DNA of 64,000 bases from a virus (IMGVR_UViG_2571042740_000001:1-64000), one strand, 5' to 3'; counted from the stretch's first letter, positions 9,366-19,519 are shown. Program-made: numbers and translations. The notes: generated by a model from the sequence alone, not told the origin.

Positions 9366-10859
9366 TTAATCTCTTCTGAACAGATCTCTTGTATAAACCT
9401 TTTCTTCTACGTCATCAAGAATAGAGTCATATCTGTTAGCAACGATACAGCCGCACTTCTTCTTGAACTTCTTAAGGTCGTTTACAACAACAGAACCAAA
9501 GAATGTGCTACCGTTTTCAAGTGTAGGCTCGTAGATAATAACAGTTGCTCCTTTGGCCTTGATGCGCTTCATAACGCCCTGAATAGATGACTGACGGAAG
9601 TTGTCTGAGTTGGATTTCATTGTGAGTCTGTATACGCCCACAACGATTTCTTTCTGCTTGCTTTCCTGTTCAGCAGAATAGTCAGCACTATTGCCATAAG
9701 TACCCGCGATCTCCATGATACGGTCAGCAATGAAGTCTTTTCTGGTCCTGTTTGACTCAACGATAGCAGTCATCATGTTCTGAGGAACATTCTGATAGTT
9801 TGCAAGAAGCTGCTTTGTGTCCTTGGGCAGACAGTAGCCGCCGTAACCGAATGATGGATTGTTATAGTAGTCGCCCACACGAGGATCAAGACAGATACCA
9901 CGGATGATATTGGCCGTATTCAGTCCCTTGACCTCTGCGTATGTATCCAGTTCATTGAAATAGGAAACACGCAATGCAAGATATGTATTAGCAAACAGCT
10001 TAACAGCCTCTGCCTCAGTTGTAGCCATAAAGAGAATATCAATGTTTGGCTTAATAGCGCCCTGCTGTAAAAGTGCAGCAAACTCCTCGGCAGCCTTCAT
10101 GTTAGCGTCATCAGAGCCAACAATGATACGAGAGGGGTAAAGGTTATCGTAGAGTGCCTTGGATTCTCTGAGGAACTCAGGGCTGAATATGATATTATCC
10201 ATGCCCATTTTCTCACGCACCTGCGCGGTATAGCCAACAGGAATCGTCGACTTGATAACGATAGTAGGCTTTTTCTTCTTTTTTCCCGTTACATCCTTTA
10301 TGAGGGAAAGAACTGCTTCTACAGCGGAGCAATCGAAGAAGTTTGTCTTCGGATCATAGTTTGTAGGTGCAGCCACGATAATGAAATCTGCGTCCTTGTA
10401 TGCAGATTCGCCGTCTGTTGTAGCCTTGAGGGAAAGCTGACGCTCTTCATGCTCAGCAAGATACTGCTCAATGAAGTCATCCTGAATCGGAGACTGCCAG
10501 TTATTCAGCTTCTCCACCTTTTCCGGTACGATATCCACAGCGGTAACATCGTTGTGCTGTGAAAGCAGAACTGCGAGGGACAGTCCGACATAACCGGTAC
10601 CTGCTACAGCGATCTTCTTGCGTTCAATCGGCGCTGCCTCTACTGCGTCATCTTCCAGAACATCAGCATTGTCAAAACCAAGGACTGTGCTGAGTGCAAG
10701 GAGCTGATCCACAGACGGTGTATAGTCTTCACTTTCCAGTCTGGAGATGATTGAACGGTTGATGCCTGTCTTTTTTGACAGGGTAAGCTGCGACATCTTG
10801 ATTGCCTTTCTTCTGCTTACAACAGTCTCAGCAAGCAGCTTCGAAGATAAGTGCTTCAT
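9366..10859 (-). CDS. ugd: UDP-glucose 6-dehydrogenase with N-terminal XRE-HTH
   Basis: Residues ~10-65 form an HTH ([28 protein letters not shown]), then [30 protein letters not shown]. Confidence 0.92.
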   Translation of the reverse strand: MKHLSSKLLAETVVSRRKAIKMSQLTLSKKTGINRSIISRLESEDYTPSVDQLLALSTVLGFDNADVLEDDAVEAAPIERKKIAVAGTGYVGLSLAVLLSQHNDVTAVDIVPEKVEKLNNWQSPIQDDFIEQYLAEHEERQLSLKATTDGESAYKDADFIIVAAPTNYDPKTNFFDCSAVEAVLSLIKDVTGKKKKKPTIVIKSTIPVGYTAQVREKMGMDNIIFSPEFLRESKALYDNLYPSRIIVGSDDANMKAAEEFAALLQQGAIKPNIDILFMATTEAEAVKLFANTYLALRVSYFNELDTYAEVKGLNTANIIRGICLDPRVGDYYNNPSFGYGGYCLPKDTKQLLANYQNVPQNMMTAIVESNRTRKDFIADRIMEIAGTYGNSADYSAEQESKQKEIVVGVYRLTMKSNSDNFRQSSIQGVMKRIKAKGATVIIYEPTLENGSTFFGSVVVNDLKKFKKKCGCIVANRYDSILDDVEEKVYTRDLFRRD

Positions 10860-10875
10860 AAGTACCTCCTATGCA

Positions 10876-11028
10876 AAGTGTTACCACTAGCAACACTTGT
10901 GATTTCTAATATGATGATATTATTATAGCAGATGTTATGCAAAAAGTCAATGTATACGTTGCCAAATATGAACTCATAAATACAATTCACTTTATACATT
11001 GTGACGCCAGTGTTGCTATCGGTAACAC
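10876..11028 (-). promoter_or_regulatory. ugd promoter flanked by two operators
   Basis: TTGACT(10945-50)-17-TATAAT(10922-27). GTGTTACCACTAGCAACACT at 10878-10897 and an inverted 18/20 copy at 11009-11028. Confidence 0.75.
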
Positions 11029-11033
11029 AAAAT

Positions 11034-11085
11034 AAAAAAGCCCACTAAGCTGCTACCGGATTCATTCGGTAGTTGCTCAGTGGGC
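11034..11085 (-). terminator. Rho-independent terminator
   Basis: GCCCACT...AGTGGGC stem with a T-tract on the minus strand. Confidence 0.65.
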
Positions 11086-11105
11086 GGAGGTGGTAGATAC
11101 GCCTA

Positions 11106-11432
11106 TTAAATAATGATCCATTTTCCATTGCGGGCAGAGCCTTCTCGTTTGATGCGATTATTCTTCTTCAAGTTATCCAATGCTGTTTTTGTCTGTTTGA
11201 GAGTAATACTCAGTTTAGAAGCTATTTCCATTTGTGTTATACAGGGATCTGCTTTAATCAACTGAAATACCAGTTCAACCCTTTCAGCTATTTCAGTACC
11301 TTTTTTAGTACCTTTTTTAGTACCTTTTCCAAAAAGGGACTGATCTTTCTCAACTAAAGGAAGCGTAACAATCGTCTTATCAGGCTCATTTGTTTCAGTA
11401 TTGCCGAAGAACTCCTCAATATTCGGCTCCAC
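11106..11432 (-). CDS. Small winged-HTH protein, like the C-terminus of RecG-C/Schlafen ATP-binding regulators; start uncertain, possibly a remnant
   Basis: ITQMEIASKLSIT...IKREGSARNGKWII. 12-bp tandem repeat encoding KGTK. Promoter TTGTAA-17-TATAAT at 11457-11485. Confidence 0.55.
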   Translation of the reverse strand: MEPNIEEFFGNTETNEPDKTIVTLPLVEKDQSLFGKGTKKGTKKGTEIAERVELVFQLIKADPCITQMEIASKLSITLKQTKTALDNLKKNNRIKREGSARNGKWIII

Positions 11433-11511
11433 ACAGAGCAAACTGGCATTAAAAGTATTATACCACAAACGCCTCTCATTTACAAGGGGCAAAAGCTGTT
11501 TTTCGCTTGAT

Positions 11512-12702
11512 TTATGTTGTTTCGACCGCAATATCCTCTTCGGTGATAACCACACGCTGGATTTGTCCGGCGTTCTCGGCATTCACCTCACACCCGATGC
11601 TCTCTTCTATAGTCTGAAGCAGCAGATCCTCCTTGATCGTCCTCAGCTTGCAGCCATTTCCTTTCCGTCCCTCATGGCGTCCTCTGCAGGTCCATACCTT
11701 ATGTTTGATTCCTTTCGGGCCGTTCAGTGTACGTCTTGTCATCGGTTCACCGCACTCGCCGCAGAATAGCTTTCCGTACAGGAAGTGCGGTCTGCCGCCA
11801 ATTCTTCCGACCGCAGCCGTAACAGCTTTCTTTTGTCGCATGATCTCCTGCACGGTATCCCATGTTTTCCTGTCCACAATAGCCTCATGATCATTTTCAA
11901 GATAATTGCTCTCATACGGCGCTCTTTCATCCGGCTTCTTCGTCAGGAAATTCTTTGGAGGCTGTTTCTGAAGCAGCTTATCTCCCATATATGTCTCATT
12001 CTGAAGGATATACATGATATTATTATGCGCCAGCGGCTGGCCTTTTTTCGTCCTGATTCCATAATCAGTCAGTAAACGGCGGATCTCCTCAATGCTCTTG
12101 CCTTCAATATACATCTGAAAGATCATGCGGACCGCATCCGCATCCTGATTCGGTACAAGTTTGCCGTCAACACAGTCATATCCAAGGATACGGTTATTCC
12201 CAAGGTTATACTCTCCGCGCTTGAAGCGTTCCCGATATCCCCACCTGACGTTTTCCGAAATAGAGCGGCTCTCGTCCTGCGCGATTGCAGAGAGAAATGA
12301 AAACATCATGGAACAGGAAGGTTCGGCGGTATCCAGATTCTCTTTATCAAAATGTATATCAACGCCGTTACCGTGCAGAAGATTGGCGTATTTCTGGCAA
12401 TCCACGATATTTCGTGAGAATCTGGATATGCTTTTTACAAGGATATAGTCCACTTTGCCGTTCAGCGCATCCTTGATAAGTCTCTGAAATCCCGGGCGAT
12501 TTGAGGCCTTGACACCGCTTTTCTCGTCGCTGTATACTCCTGCAAAGTCCCAGTCGTCATGCGCCTGTATGAGCCTTGTATAATAGGAAAGCTGCGCCTC
12601 GTAGCTTTCTTCCTGCTCGTCAAGAGTTGTAGACACACGGCAGTAGGCCGCTACACGCTTCTTATGCTGATCTCTGATTCTGGGGATTCTTGTAATCTTC
12701 AT
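11512..12702 (-). CDS. Large serine recombinase with Zn ribbon
   Basis: AAYCRVST, KSISRFSRN, CGECG...C...C. Confidence 0.92.
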   Translation of the reverse strand: MKITRIPRIRDQHKKRVAAYCRVSTTLDEQEESYEAQLSYYTRLIQAHDDWDFAGVYSDEKSGVKASNRPGFQRLIKDALNGKVDYILVKSISRFSRNIVDCQKYANLLHGNGVDIHFDKENLDTAEPSCSMMFSFLSAIAQDESRSISENVRWGYRERFKRGEYNLGNNRILGYDCVDGKLVPNQDADAVRMIFQMYIEGKSIEEIRRLLTDYGIRTKKGQPLAHNNIMYILQNETYMGDKLLQKQPPKNFLTKKPDERAPYESNYLENDHEAIVDRKTWDTVQEIMRQKKAVTAAVGRIGGRPHFLYGKLFCGECGEPMTRRTLNGPKGIKHKVWTCRGRHEGRKGNGCKLRTIKEDLLLQTIEESIGCEVNAENAGQIQRVVITEEDIAVETT

Positions 12703-14234
12703 TTCTTATCCCTGCCTTTCCCTTTACTTGTCTTTTTCTTTTCAGCTTTCCTCTGCTGCTGATTATAATAGCGCTTTGCAATTCTGCCCGGAAGATCCGA
12801 ATCATAAAATACGTCTGAAGGAACCGTTGTCACAAGACCACATTTCCAGAAGACTTTCATGGATCTGTCATCCGGATCAGGTGTTCCTTTCACTTCCAAA
12901 GCAATCAGTTCCTTTGTGGTCCTGATGTGTTTTCCGAACTCAATATGATCAACAAGATCATCCACCCACCAATAATCGACCTTTTTCATTCTGGGATATT
13001 CTCTTTTGTATCTCAGCATAATTTCTGCCTCAGAGCCGAATTTTGGGCTGTCAAGTTTCTTCTCTACAATGCCGGCGTCCAATGTGTGATAAGCATTGAG
13101 CAGCGCTTGATCCACAAAGCTTGCACGGATAATAAACTGCCGACAGGCATGCTCACCGATCTCGCAGCTCCATCCGCTTCCGGGTCTTTGTATCTTGATA
13201 CTCCTCTTAAACAGTCTGGAACCGCAGATCGGACACACGAGTTTGTCGCCGAGCGGGTACTGATTGTTATACTTACCGGGCATATCCGGATGAGGTGTTC
13301 TTCTTAATGCAAAGATCTGCTTACACCGATTGAATTGCTTCCTGCTGATTATGGCTTGATGATGATTTTCAATATAGTAACTGGGCACCTCAGTGGTATC
13401 ATTCTTTATTTGCTTATGTGTAATATGGCTTTCGCAGATGGTCTTTTGCAGGAGAATATCTCCACAGTATCTTTCATTCTGAAGCATTAACCGCACTGTA
13501 CACATGGACCACGTTTCGCAGTTTTCCGGTGTTGGAACATGATTGCTCTGTAAATGCTTCATGATCTTGTCGATGGACTCACCGTGCTCATACAGCGTGA
13601 ATATTTCCTTCACAACCCTGGCCTGTTCCGGCACGATCTGGTATTCTCCGTTTTCATTCTTCTCGTATCCGTACAGTTTGCTCCAACGGGATCTTCCTTC
13701 CTCATAGCGTTTTCTGATACTCCATGTCGTATTCAGCGAAATAGAGCGGCTTTCCTCCTGTGCAAATGCTGCAAGGACGGTCAGAAGCATTTCTGAGAAT
13801 GCAGTTCTTGTGTCGATATGATTGCTTTCAAAGATAAGATGTACTCCGATCTCATTGAGGTGTCTGACAAACGTCAGGCATTCAAGGGTATTTCTGGCAA
13901 AGCGGGAAATACTTTTAGTTACGATAAGATCGATTTTTCCTGCTTCACAATCCCTGATCATTTTCCGGAATTGTTTTCGCTTTGAAGCACTGGTACCTGT
14001 CATGCCTTCATCTGCATAGATTCCTGCCAGCTTCCAGCCCGGTCTGCTTTCTATCATATCAGTGTAGGATCTGACCTGATTCTCGAAGCTGGTTCTCTGC
14101 TCATCATTGTCAGTAGACACACGGCAGTATGCTGCAACTCTCAGTTCTTTCGCAGAATCCGGCTCTTCAGGACTCTGCGGCTCAAGAATGATCTTCTCAA
14201 TATTCATAATTTGCCCCTTTCTGAATGGGATCAA
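12699..14234 (-). CDS. Large serine recombinase
   Basis: AAYCRVST, KSISRFARN, CPICG. Confidence 0.92.
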   Translation of the reverse strand: MIPFRKGQIMNIEKIILEPQSPEEPDSAKELRVAAYCRVSTDNDEQRTSFENQVRSYTDMIESRPGWKLAGIYADEGMTGTSASKRKQFRKMIRDCEAGKIDLIVTKSISRFARNTLECLTFVRHLNEIGVHLIFESNHIDTRTAFSEMLLTVLAAFAQEESRSISLNTTWSIRKRYEEGRSRWSKLYGYEKNENGEYQIVPEQARVVKEIFTLYEHGESIDKIMKHLQSNHVPTPENCETWSMCTVRLMLQNERYCGDILLQKTICESHITHKQIKNDTTEVPSYYIENHHQAIISRKQFNRCKQIFALRRTPHPDMPGKYNNQYPLGDKLVCPICGSRLFKRSIKIQRPGSGWSCEIGEHACRQFIIRASFVDQALLNAYHTLDAGIVEKKLDSPKFGSEAEIMLRYKREYPRMKKVDYWWVDDLVDHIEFGKHIRTTKELIALEVKGTPDPDDRSMKVFWKCGLVTTVPSDVFYDSDLPGRIAKRYYNQQQRKAEKKKTSKGKGRDKK

Positions 14235-14395
14235 CTGAGTATTATCCCTCAGCGTTATCCTATTATTGCGTAAAACAGCCGATATATCAAGTCATTTCGC
14301 AATCATAAATCGGAGAATAATCCCGATGTTTCAGCAGGATAACTGGTCAATATACAGAAAAAAGCGGCCTCCTGTAATCAGAAAGCCGCATAGTA

Positions 14396-15871
14396 TTATT
14401 TATTATTCCGCACTTCTTCAACAAGCTTCGGAAACTGTGAAGGGTACCTCAGAAGATAGGCATCCCATAATTCTGCCTTGTGCCTTGGATCCTGTGAGTC
14501 CCGCAGCACACCGGAAGATAATGTTGTCACACTGCCGCATTTCCAGTGAATGCTAATCGTTCTGTCATCAATACCGCCTTTTTTCAGTTCAGAAGCCGTG
14601 TGGCTGTGCAAGCCAAAATCGATCCTTTCAACCAGATCATCCAGCCACCAGTAATCAATTTTACTGAATGATGGATGTTTTTCTTTTACCTGCAGGAGCA
14701 GTTCTGCATTTTCTGCTCTATCAGCATTTTTGCTATTTACGATACGCTTCACTTCTTCTAAATCAAGCATTTCATAGGCTTTAAGAATTGCTTTTTCTAC
14801 TTCCTGAGACTGTATTACGAATTCTCTGCATGCTCCTTCGCCCTCACAGCAGAAATGAGTATAACAGTTCTGGATCAACAGTTTTCTGTGGCGGAGAACA
14901 TGTCCACAATAGGGGCAGCGGATGAATTCTGCAAATGGATACTGCAGCGGCGTTGTTGATTTCTTCAGTTCAAGGATCACATTGCACCGTTCAAACTGTT
15001 TCCTTGATATAATGGGCTCATGGTGATTTTTTATATATACACTTGGCAGTGCTCCGTTATTCCGGCGTGAACGATGAGTGATATAATCCTTTACATAGTA
15101 TTTCTGAGCTATGATATCACCAACATATTTCTCATTGGCTATCATGTAGTGGATCCTTGAATCGTCCCAAACCTTATCTTTTCCATCCGGTCTCGTATAT
15201 CCTTTCTCATACAGTATCCTTGTTATCTCAGGAACAGATGTCCCGTGTTCATATAAATCAAAAATCAGTCTGACGGCCTCTGCCTCTCTTGGAACGATTT
15301 CTATATTATCGTTTGCTTCATTCTTTCGGTAACCGTAGCACCTTATCAAAAGCGGTTCACCGTTCTGAAGCCGTTTCCGTTTTCCCCATCTTACATTCTC
15401 CGAATGTGAATGGCTCTCTTCCTGGGCGAACGCCGCAAATACAGAAAGCAGTATTTCGGATGAGATCATATCTGTATCGATTCCTTCTTTTTCAAGTATT
15501 AATCGGACTCCAAGATCTCTGAGCTTTTTGATACAATTCAGTGCATCAAGCGTATTACGCGCAAATCGGGACAGTGATTTACAGATCACGCAATCTATAA
15601 GGCCTTTTTCACAGTCTTCAAGCATTCTGAGGAACTCTTTACGTCTCGCCATCATTGTCGCAGAAGTACCTCTGTCGGCGTAGATCCCTGCAAACTCCCA
15701 GTCGGGCTCCGAAGAAATCTTTTCTGTATATACCGCAACCTGTGTTTCGTAACTGGTAAGCTGCTCTTCAGACTTTGAGGAAACACGACAATAAGCACAT
15801 ACACGCAGCTTCGGCTTTGTGGTCCCGGAAATATCCTGATTGAGTATTCGCTTTATCTTTGTGCTTCCCAC
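14396..15871 (-). CDS. Large serine recombinase
   Basis: CAYCRVSS, KSLSRFARN, CPYCG. Confidence 0.92.
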   Translation of the reverse strand: MGSTKIKRILNQDISGTTKPKLRVCAYCRVSSKSEEQLTSYETQVAVYTEKISSEPDWEFAGIYADRGTSATMMARRKEFLRMLEDCEKGLIDCVICKSLSRFARNTLDALNCIKKLRDLGVRLILEKEGIDTDMISSEILLSVFAAFAQEESHSHSENVRWGKRKRLQNGEPLLIRCYGYRKNEANDNIEIVPREAEAVRLIFDLYEHGTSVPEITRILYEKGYTRPDGKDKVWDDSRIHYMIANEKYVGDIIAQKYYVKDYITHRSRRNNGALPSVYIKNHHEPIISRKQFERCNVILELKKSTTPLQYPFAEFIRCPYCGHVLRHRKLLIQNCYTHFCCEGEGACREFVIQSQEVEKAILKAYEMLDLEEVKRIVNSKNADRAENAELLLQVKEKHPSFSKIDYWWLDDLVERIDFGLHSHTASELKKGGIDDRTISIHWKCGSVTTLSSGVLRDSQDPRHKAELWDAYLLRYPSQFPKLVEEVRNNK

Positions 15872-16821
15872 AATTTTACCTCCTTTTCCGCGATCTTTTG
15901 GCTTTTTTCCATCAGATATTTTTCTTCAGCAGAGAATACTGATCTTCCGCCTCCGATTGTCCCGTGTTTTATCAATTCCTGAACAATGTCGAATAACTCG
16001 TGGCTTACGATGGCCGGATGATGCCCTTCAATAAGGATCTGATCTACAAAACCTTTATTTTTGACTCTTTTTTCCTTTCCGTTACTATCAATGATCGTAC
16101 ATTCTTTGTTGGATAGGAAATCACCCACATAGTTCTCACTGCGCAGAAGCAATGCCACAGTAGGATTTGTCCATACTTTTTCGCTTCCTTCTTCTCTTTC
16201 CATACGATTCATTTCATCTCTGATTTCAGAGTATGTGTGGCACATAGCCGCCATATAGAAGGCCATTCTGACAACTTCTGCCTGATTCGGAACGATCACC
16301 CATCCATGATTTTTTCCGTCAGATGTGTAGCCATATCTTGGAGGAGACCATGTTTCTCCTCGTTCAAGGTGTTTCATTCTGCTCCATGCCTGATTCTGCG
16401 ATAAAGAAATGCTCTCTTCCTGCGCGATCGTTGCAAGTATACCGAGTATCAATTCTCCTGTCATGGTATCAGTATCAAGGTTTTCTTTCTCAAATAATAC
16501 ACGCACCCCAAGTTCCTTGAGATGTCTGACCGTTTCAACACAGTCTGCCATGTTTCTTGCAAATCGTGATATACTTTTCGTCAGGATAAGATCGATCTTG
16601 CCGTCTTCACAATCCTTAATCATACGATTCAGTTCTTCACGGTTGTACATCTTTCTGCCGCTTTTTCCGTGATCACCGTACACTCCGACAAACTCCATTT
16701 CCGGATCTGAGTTTATCAGTCTTTCGTAATACTCGCATTGTACTTCAAATGAGCCGTCCTGAGTATCACTTGCTGTGCTTACGCGGCAGTATGCACACGC
16801 TCGTATTTTCTTGTTTTCCAT
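15853..16821 (-). CDS. Serine recombinase (catalytic and recombinase domains, no Zn ribbon)
   Basis: CAYCRVST, KSISRFARN, HPAIVSHE. Confidence 0.9.
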   Translation of the reverse strand: MENKKIRACAYCRVSTASDTQDGSFEVQCEYYERLINSDPEMEFVGVYGDHGKSGRKMYNREELNRMIKDCEDGKIDLILTKSISRFARNMADCVETVRHLKELGVRVLFEKENLDTDTMTGELILGILATIAQEESISLSQNQAWSRMKHLERGETWSPPRYGYTSDGKNHGWVIVPNQAEVVRMAFYMAAMCHTYSEIRDEMNRMEREEGSEKVWTNPTVALLLRSENYVGDFLSNKECTIIDSNGKEKRVKNKGFVDQILIEGHHPAIVSHELFDIVQELIKHGTIGGGRSVFSAEEKYLMEKSQKIAEKEVKLWEAQR

Positions 16822-16974
16822 AAATACCTCCTATCTGACCACCGTCTTCTGCGGTCATCATATATTGGCATAAAACAGCATACATAGCAAGTCTTTTCAG
16901 CAATTATTTTAAGACCACAGGGGGGTATTTATTTCTTATGTAAACAGAGGGATGTTTCCCTCCGTTCAGAGTGA

Positions 16975-18162
16975 TCACTCCTTGACAAAAGTACCCTTGT
17001 AGGTGTCGTTGCCAATCTTGATAGTTGCTGTTACAGTACTTTCGGTCTTGGGCGCATCAGCAACCTGCACAGGTACAGGAGCATTTCCCCAGCCGTTCAG
17101 CCCTTTGCTCTTGATAGTAGTCGGGAAATCCTTGTAGCAGATATCCAGATCCACATTACCGTTGATGCCAGCGACCTTGCCTTTCTCAGAATGCTGCCAG
17201 ATGCCGTAAGCACCGCTGTAATTGGTCTGATCGACCCAGTGCGCCAGCCAGATCGTGTACCAGGACTTGATATCATCAGCGGTATGCGTTGTGAGAGACG
17301 AAGCAGAGCCGTACAGACCAACAAAATAACCGGCGCTCTCAACCTTTTTGAGGAATGCTCGCATGATATCAGAGACCTGTTTCTTGCCGAGGTCGAACTG
17401 CTTCTTTTCCTCAAGATCGAAATAGACGGGCATCTCGAACTGTTTTCCCTTGATAACGGACAGGAAAACATCCGCTTCCTGTTCTGCTTCCTCCGGGGTC
17501 ATGGCATAGGAATACCAGTACGCACCGATAGGAAGACCGACAGCCTTTGCGCCGGCGTAATTCTGCTCAAACTTCTCGTCCTTCTGCGATGCCAGTCTGC
17601 CGTAGCCTGCACGCAGGATAGCGAAATCAATACCGTCAGCCTTGACCTTACCCCAGTCGATATTTCCGTTGTGAACGCTCACATCAATGCCCTTCATGTC
17701 CTCACCTCCGAAATACTTGTAGAAATCATCAGTGACCGTGCTGTTGCCGTGGACTTCATCGCCGTACCACTTGCCGTTGGGACGCACATCAACGTGAGTG
17801 TACTGGTAAGCGGCGGTGATATTTGCAATGCCCCTGAAACCGATATCCTGCGCCTTGCAACAGACCACCTTGGAGGAAATCGGCTGCCCGTCCTGCCCGT
17901 AACAGCAGATGTCAGCGGCATTGCCGAGTGTATGCTGTCCGGTTCCGCTGCCCTTTACTGCCTTATCGTGCGCAGGACAGCGGAAGCCGGAAGTCACAAT
18001 TATCTTAGAGCAGTTGAGGGCTGCATACAGCTGTTCCAGCTTCTGCACCAGTTCATCGAAGACACTGAACTCGTGCTCATTTCCGCACTTGCAGCGGAAC
18101 TCTTTTGCATTGAAATGCGGGGAAAGCTGTGTGGTATCATTGAATTCATATTTCTGGATCAT
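16975..18162 (-). CDS. Endolysin: peptidase M15 domain plus GH25 muramidase
   Basis: SGFRC..H....GSGTGQH..GNAADI (M15). GIDVSVHNG..DW...FAILRAGYG...DLE...WQHS...VDLD (GH25). Confidence 0.9.
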   Translation of the reverse strand: MIQKYEFNDTTQLSPHFNAKEFRCKCGNEHEFSVFDELVQKLEQLYAALNCSKIIVTSGFRCPAHDKAVKGSGTGQHTLGNAADICCYGQDGQPISSKVVCCKAQDIGFRGIANITAAYQYTHVDVRPNGKWYGDEVHGNSTVTDDFYKYFGGEDMKGIDVSVHNGNIDWGKVKADGIDFAILRAGYGRLASQKDEKFEQNYAGAKAVGLPIGAYWYSYAMTPEEAEQEADVFLSVIKGKQFEMPVYFDLEEKKQFDLGKKQVSDIMRAFLKKVESAGYFVGLYGSASSLTTHTADDIKSWYTIWLAHWVDQTNYSGAYGIWQHSEKGKVAGINGNVDLDICYKDFPTTIKSKGLNGWGNAPVPVQVADAPKTESTVTATIKIGNDTYKGTFVKE

Positions 18163-18236
18163 AATTCTTTCCTTTCCGCGAAAAATCGCTTGTTTTAGCT
18201 TGACTAAAACGGTATACTAATGCTATAATAAGAAAA

Positions 18237-18878
18237 ATGAGTCTCTTTTCAGAATTGTGTTGCTGTGATAAATCAGAATGCGAGGTGATTGCTGTGTCCT
18301 ATTATGATGAAGACTTTAAGTTGGCCGAAGTCATATCCTTCCTGAAAAACAGAGACTATTCCTCCTTCGACTTCCGCCGCGAATACACCGCCAATGATGC
18401 CTTGATTTCTATAAAAGACACAGACGCGCTCCTTACCATCTGCAATGTTCCGGACAATATGATTCCGGAGCAAACAGTCATACAGGTGATAGATGTGCTG
18501 GAACATCTGGATGAATGCATCGAACAGGCGTCTGACTGGCTCACATCCCATGAATTCGAACTCGGATTGCAGCACATCAAAAATGACTGGAAACCCGGGG
18601 AAGCATGGGTCAGAAGGGTCAAAGCGTTTTGCGAAGAAAAAGAAAGCATACGTGACAGAATGAAAAAAAGATATACGGTATCCGAGATCTGTTTCAGATG
18701 GGATGATGACTTCTGGCCGCCTTCTGTTATTAATGAATACTGGCGGGGTCCTGAACCTCCAAAGGGTGCCGATGTTTTTTTCATAGATTTCTGCCACAGA
18801 GACTGTGATTCGGGCTTCCGCTTCATGTTCCTTTGCGAGGATCGGAGACTGTATAAGTTCATAATCCATATCCTATGA
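18237..18878 (+). CDS. Hypothetical moron protein
   Basis: Own promoter TTGACT(18200)-18-TATAAT(18224). Opposite strand to the late operon. Confidence 0.65.
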   Translation: MSLFSELCCCDKSECEVIAVSYYDEDFKLAEVISFLKNRDYSSFDFRREYTANDALISIKDTDALLTICNVPDNMIPEQTVIQVIDVLEHLDECIEQASDWLTSHEFELGLQHIKNDWKPGEAWVRRVKAFCEEKESIRDRMKKRYTVSEICFRWDDDFWPPSVINEYWRGPEPPKGADVFFIDFCHRDCDSGFRFMFLCEDRRLYKFIIHIL

Positions 18879-18938
18879 TTGACCGCAGGAACACTTTTCT
18901 TAAAATGGCGAAAAATAAAACACGGAGGTGCATGAACA

Positions 18939-19478
18939 ATGCCAAGAAATACTGCAAGCCTGAAAACCGATACTGCAAAGAAAACAACACGCAAGAAAAA
19001 AGCCGCTGTTGAAGCAGTCGCTGAGACCACTCCGATTACAGTAGCCGAAGTTGTAGAATCTGTTGCAGAAACAACAGCCGTTGATGCATCTGCTGTCAAA
19101 ACCCCTGCCAAGAAGCGCGGCAGAAAGCCTTCGGTAAAGAAAGCCGAAGCTGTTGTTGAAACTGCTCCGGTCATCGCAGAACCGATTGCTGAGACTGTCA
19201 CCGAAGCCCCTGTCGCTGAAACACCCGAAAAGAAAACACACAAGCCCAGAGCGAAGAAGGCTGACAAGAAAGCAGAGCCTGTTCTTATCACCACGCTTCA
19301 GCTTGGGAATGCGGAGTTTGACATCAGCGATATCGCAGCAAAGGCATACAAGGCATACAAGTCCACGCATAAGCGTAAGGCTGTAACAGAATTCCGTGTT
19401 TATGTCAAGCCCGAAGAGGGAGTGGCATACTTCACTGTCAACGGTGAAGGTTCACCTGATTTCAAGATCAATCTATAA
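18939..19478 (+). CDS. K/A/E/T-rich protein with C-terminal DUF6465-like domain
   Basis: GGAGG RBS, low-complexity N-terminus, C-terminal VYVKPEEGVAYFTVNG. Confidence 0.75.
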   Translation: MPRNTASLKTDTAKKTTRKKKAAVEAVAETTPITVAEVVESVAETTAVDASAVKTPAKKRGRKPSVKKAEAVVETAPVIAEPIAETVTEAPVAETPEKKTHKPRAKKADKKAEPVLITTLQLGNAEFDISDIAAKAYKAYKSTHKRKAVTEFRVYVKPEEGVAYFTVNGEGSPDFKINL

Positions 19479-19519
19479 TACACCATCTCCTTTATAATGC
19501 AGTCGAGCGATCGGCTGCA

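Noticed and set aside
11106-11582. 158-aa ORF with start at 11582
   Set aside because: The start overlaps the LSR and the frame runs through a promoter at 11457-11485, so the real start is probably downstream.
18224-18240. Leaderless mRNA (ATG 7 nt after the -10)
   Set aside because: An in-frame GTG near 18294 has a good GAGGTG SD, so a leaderless start cannot be claimed.
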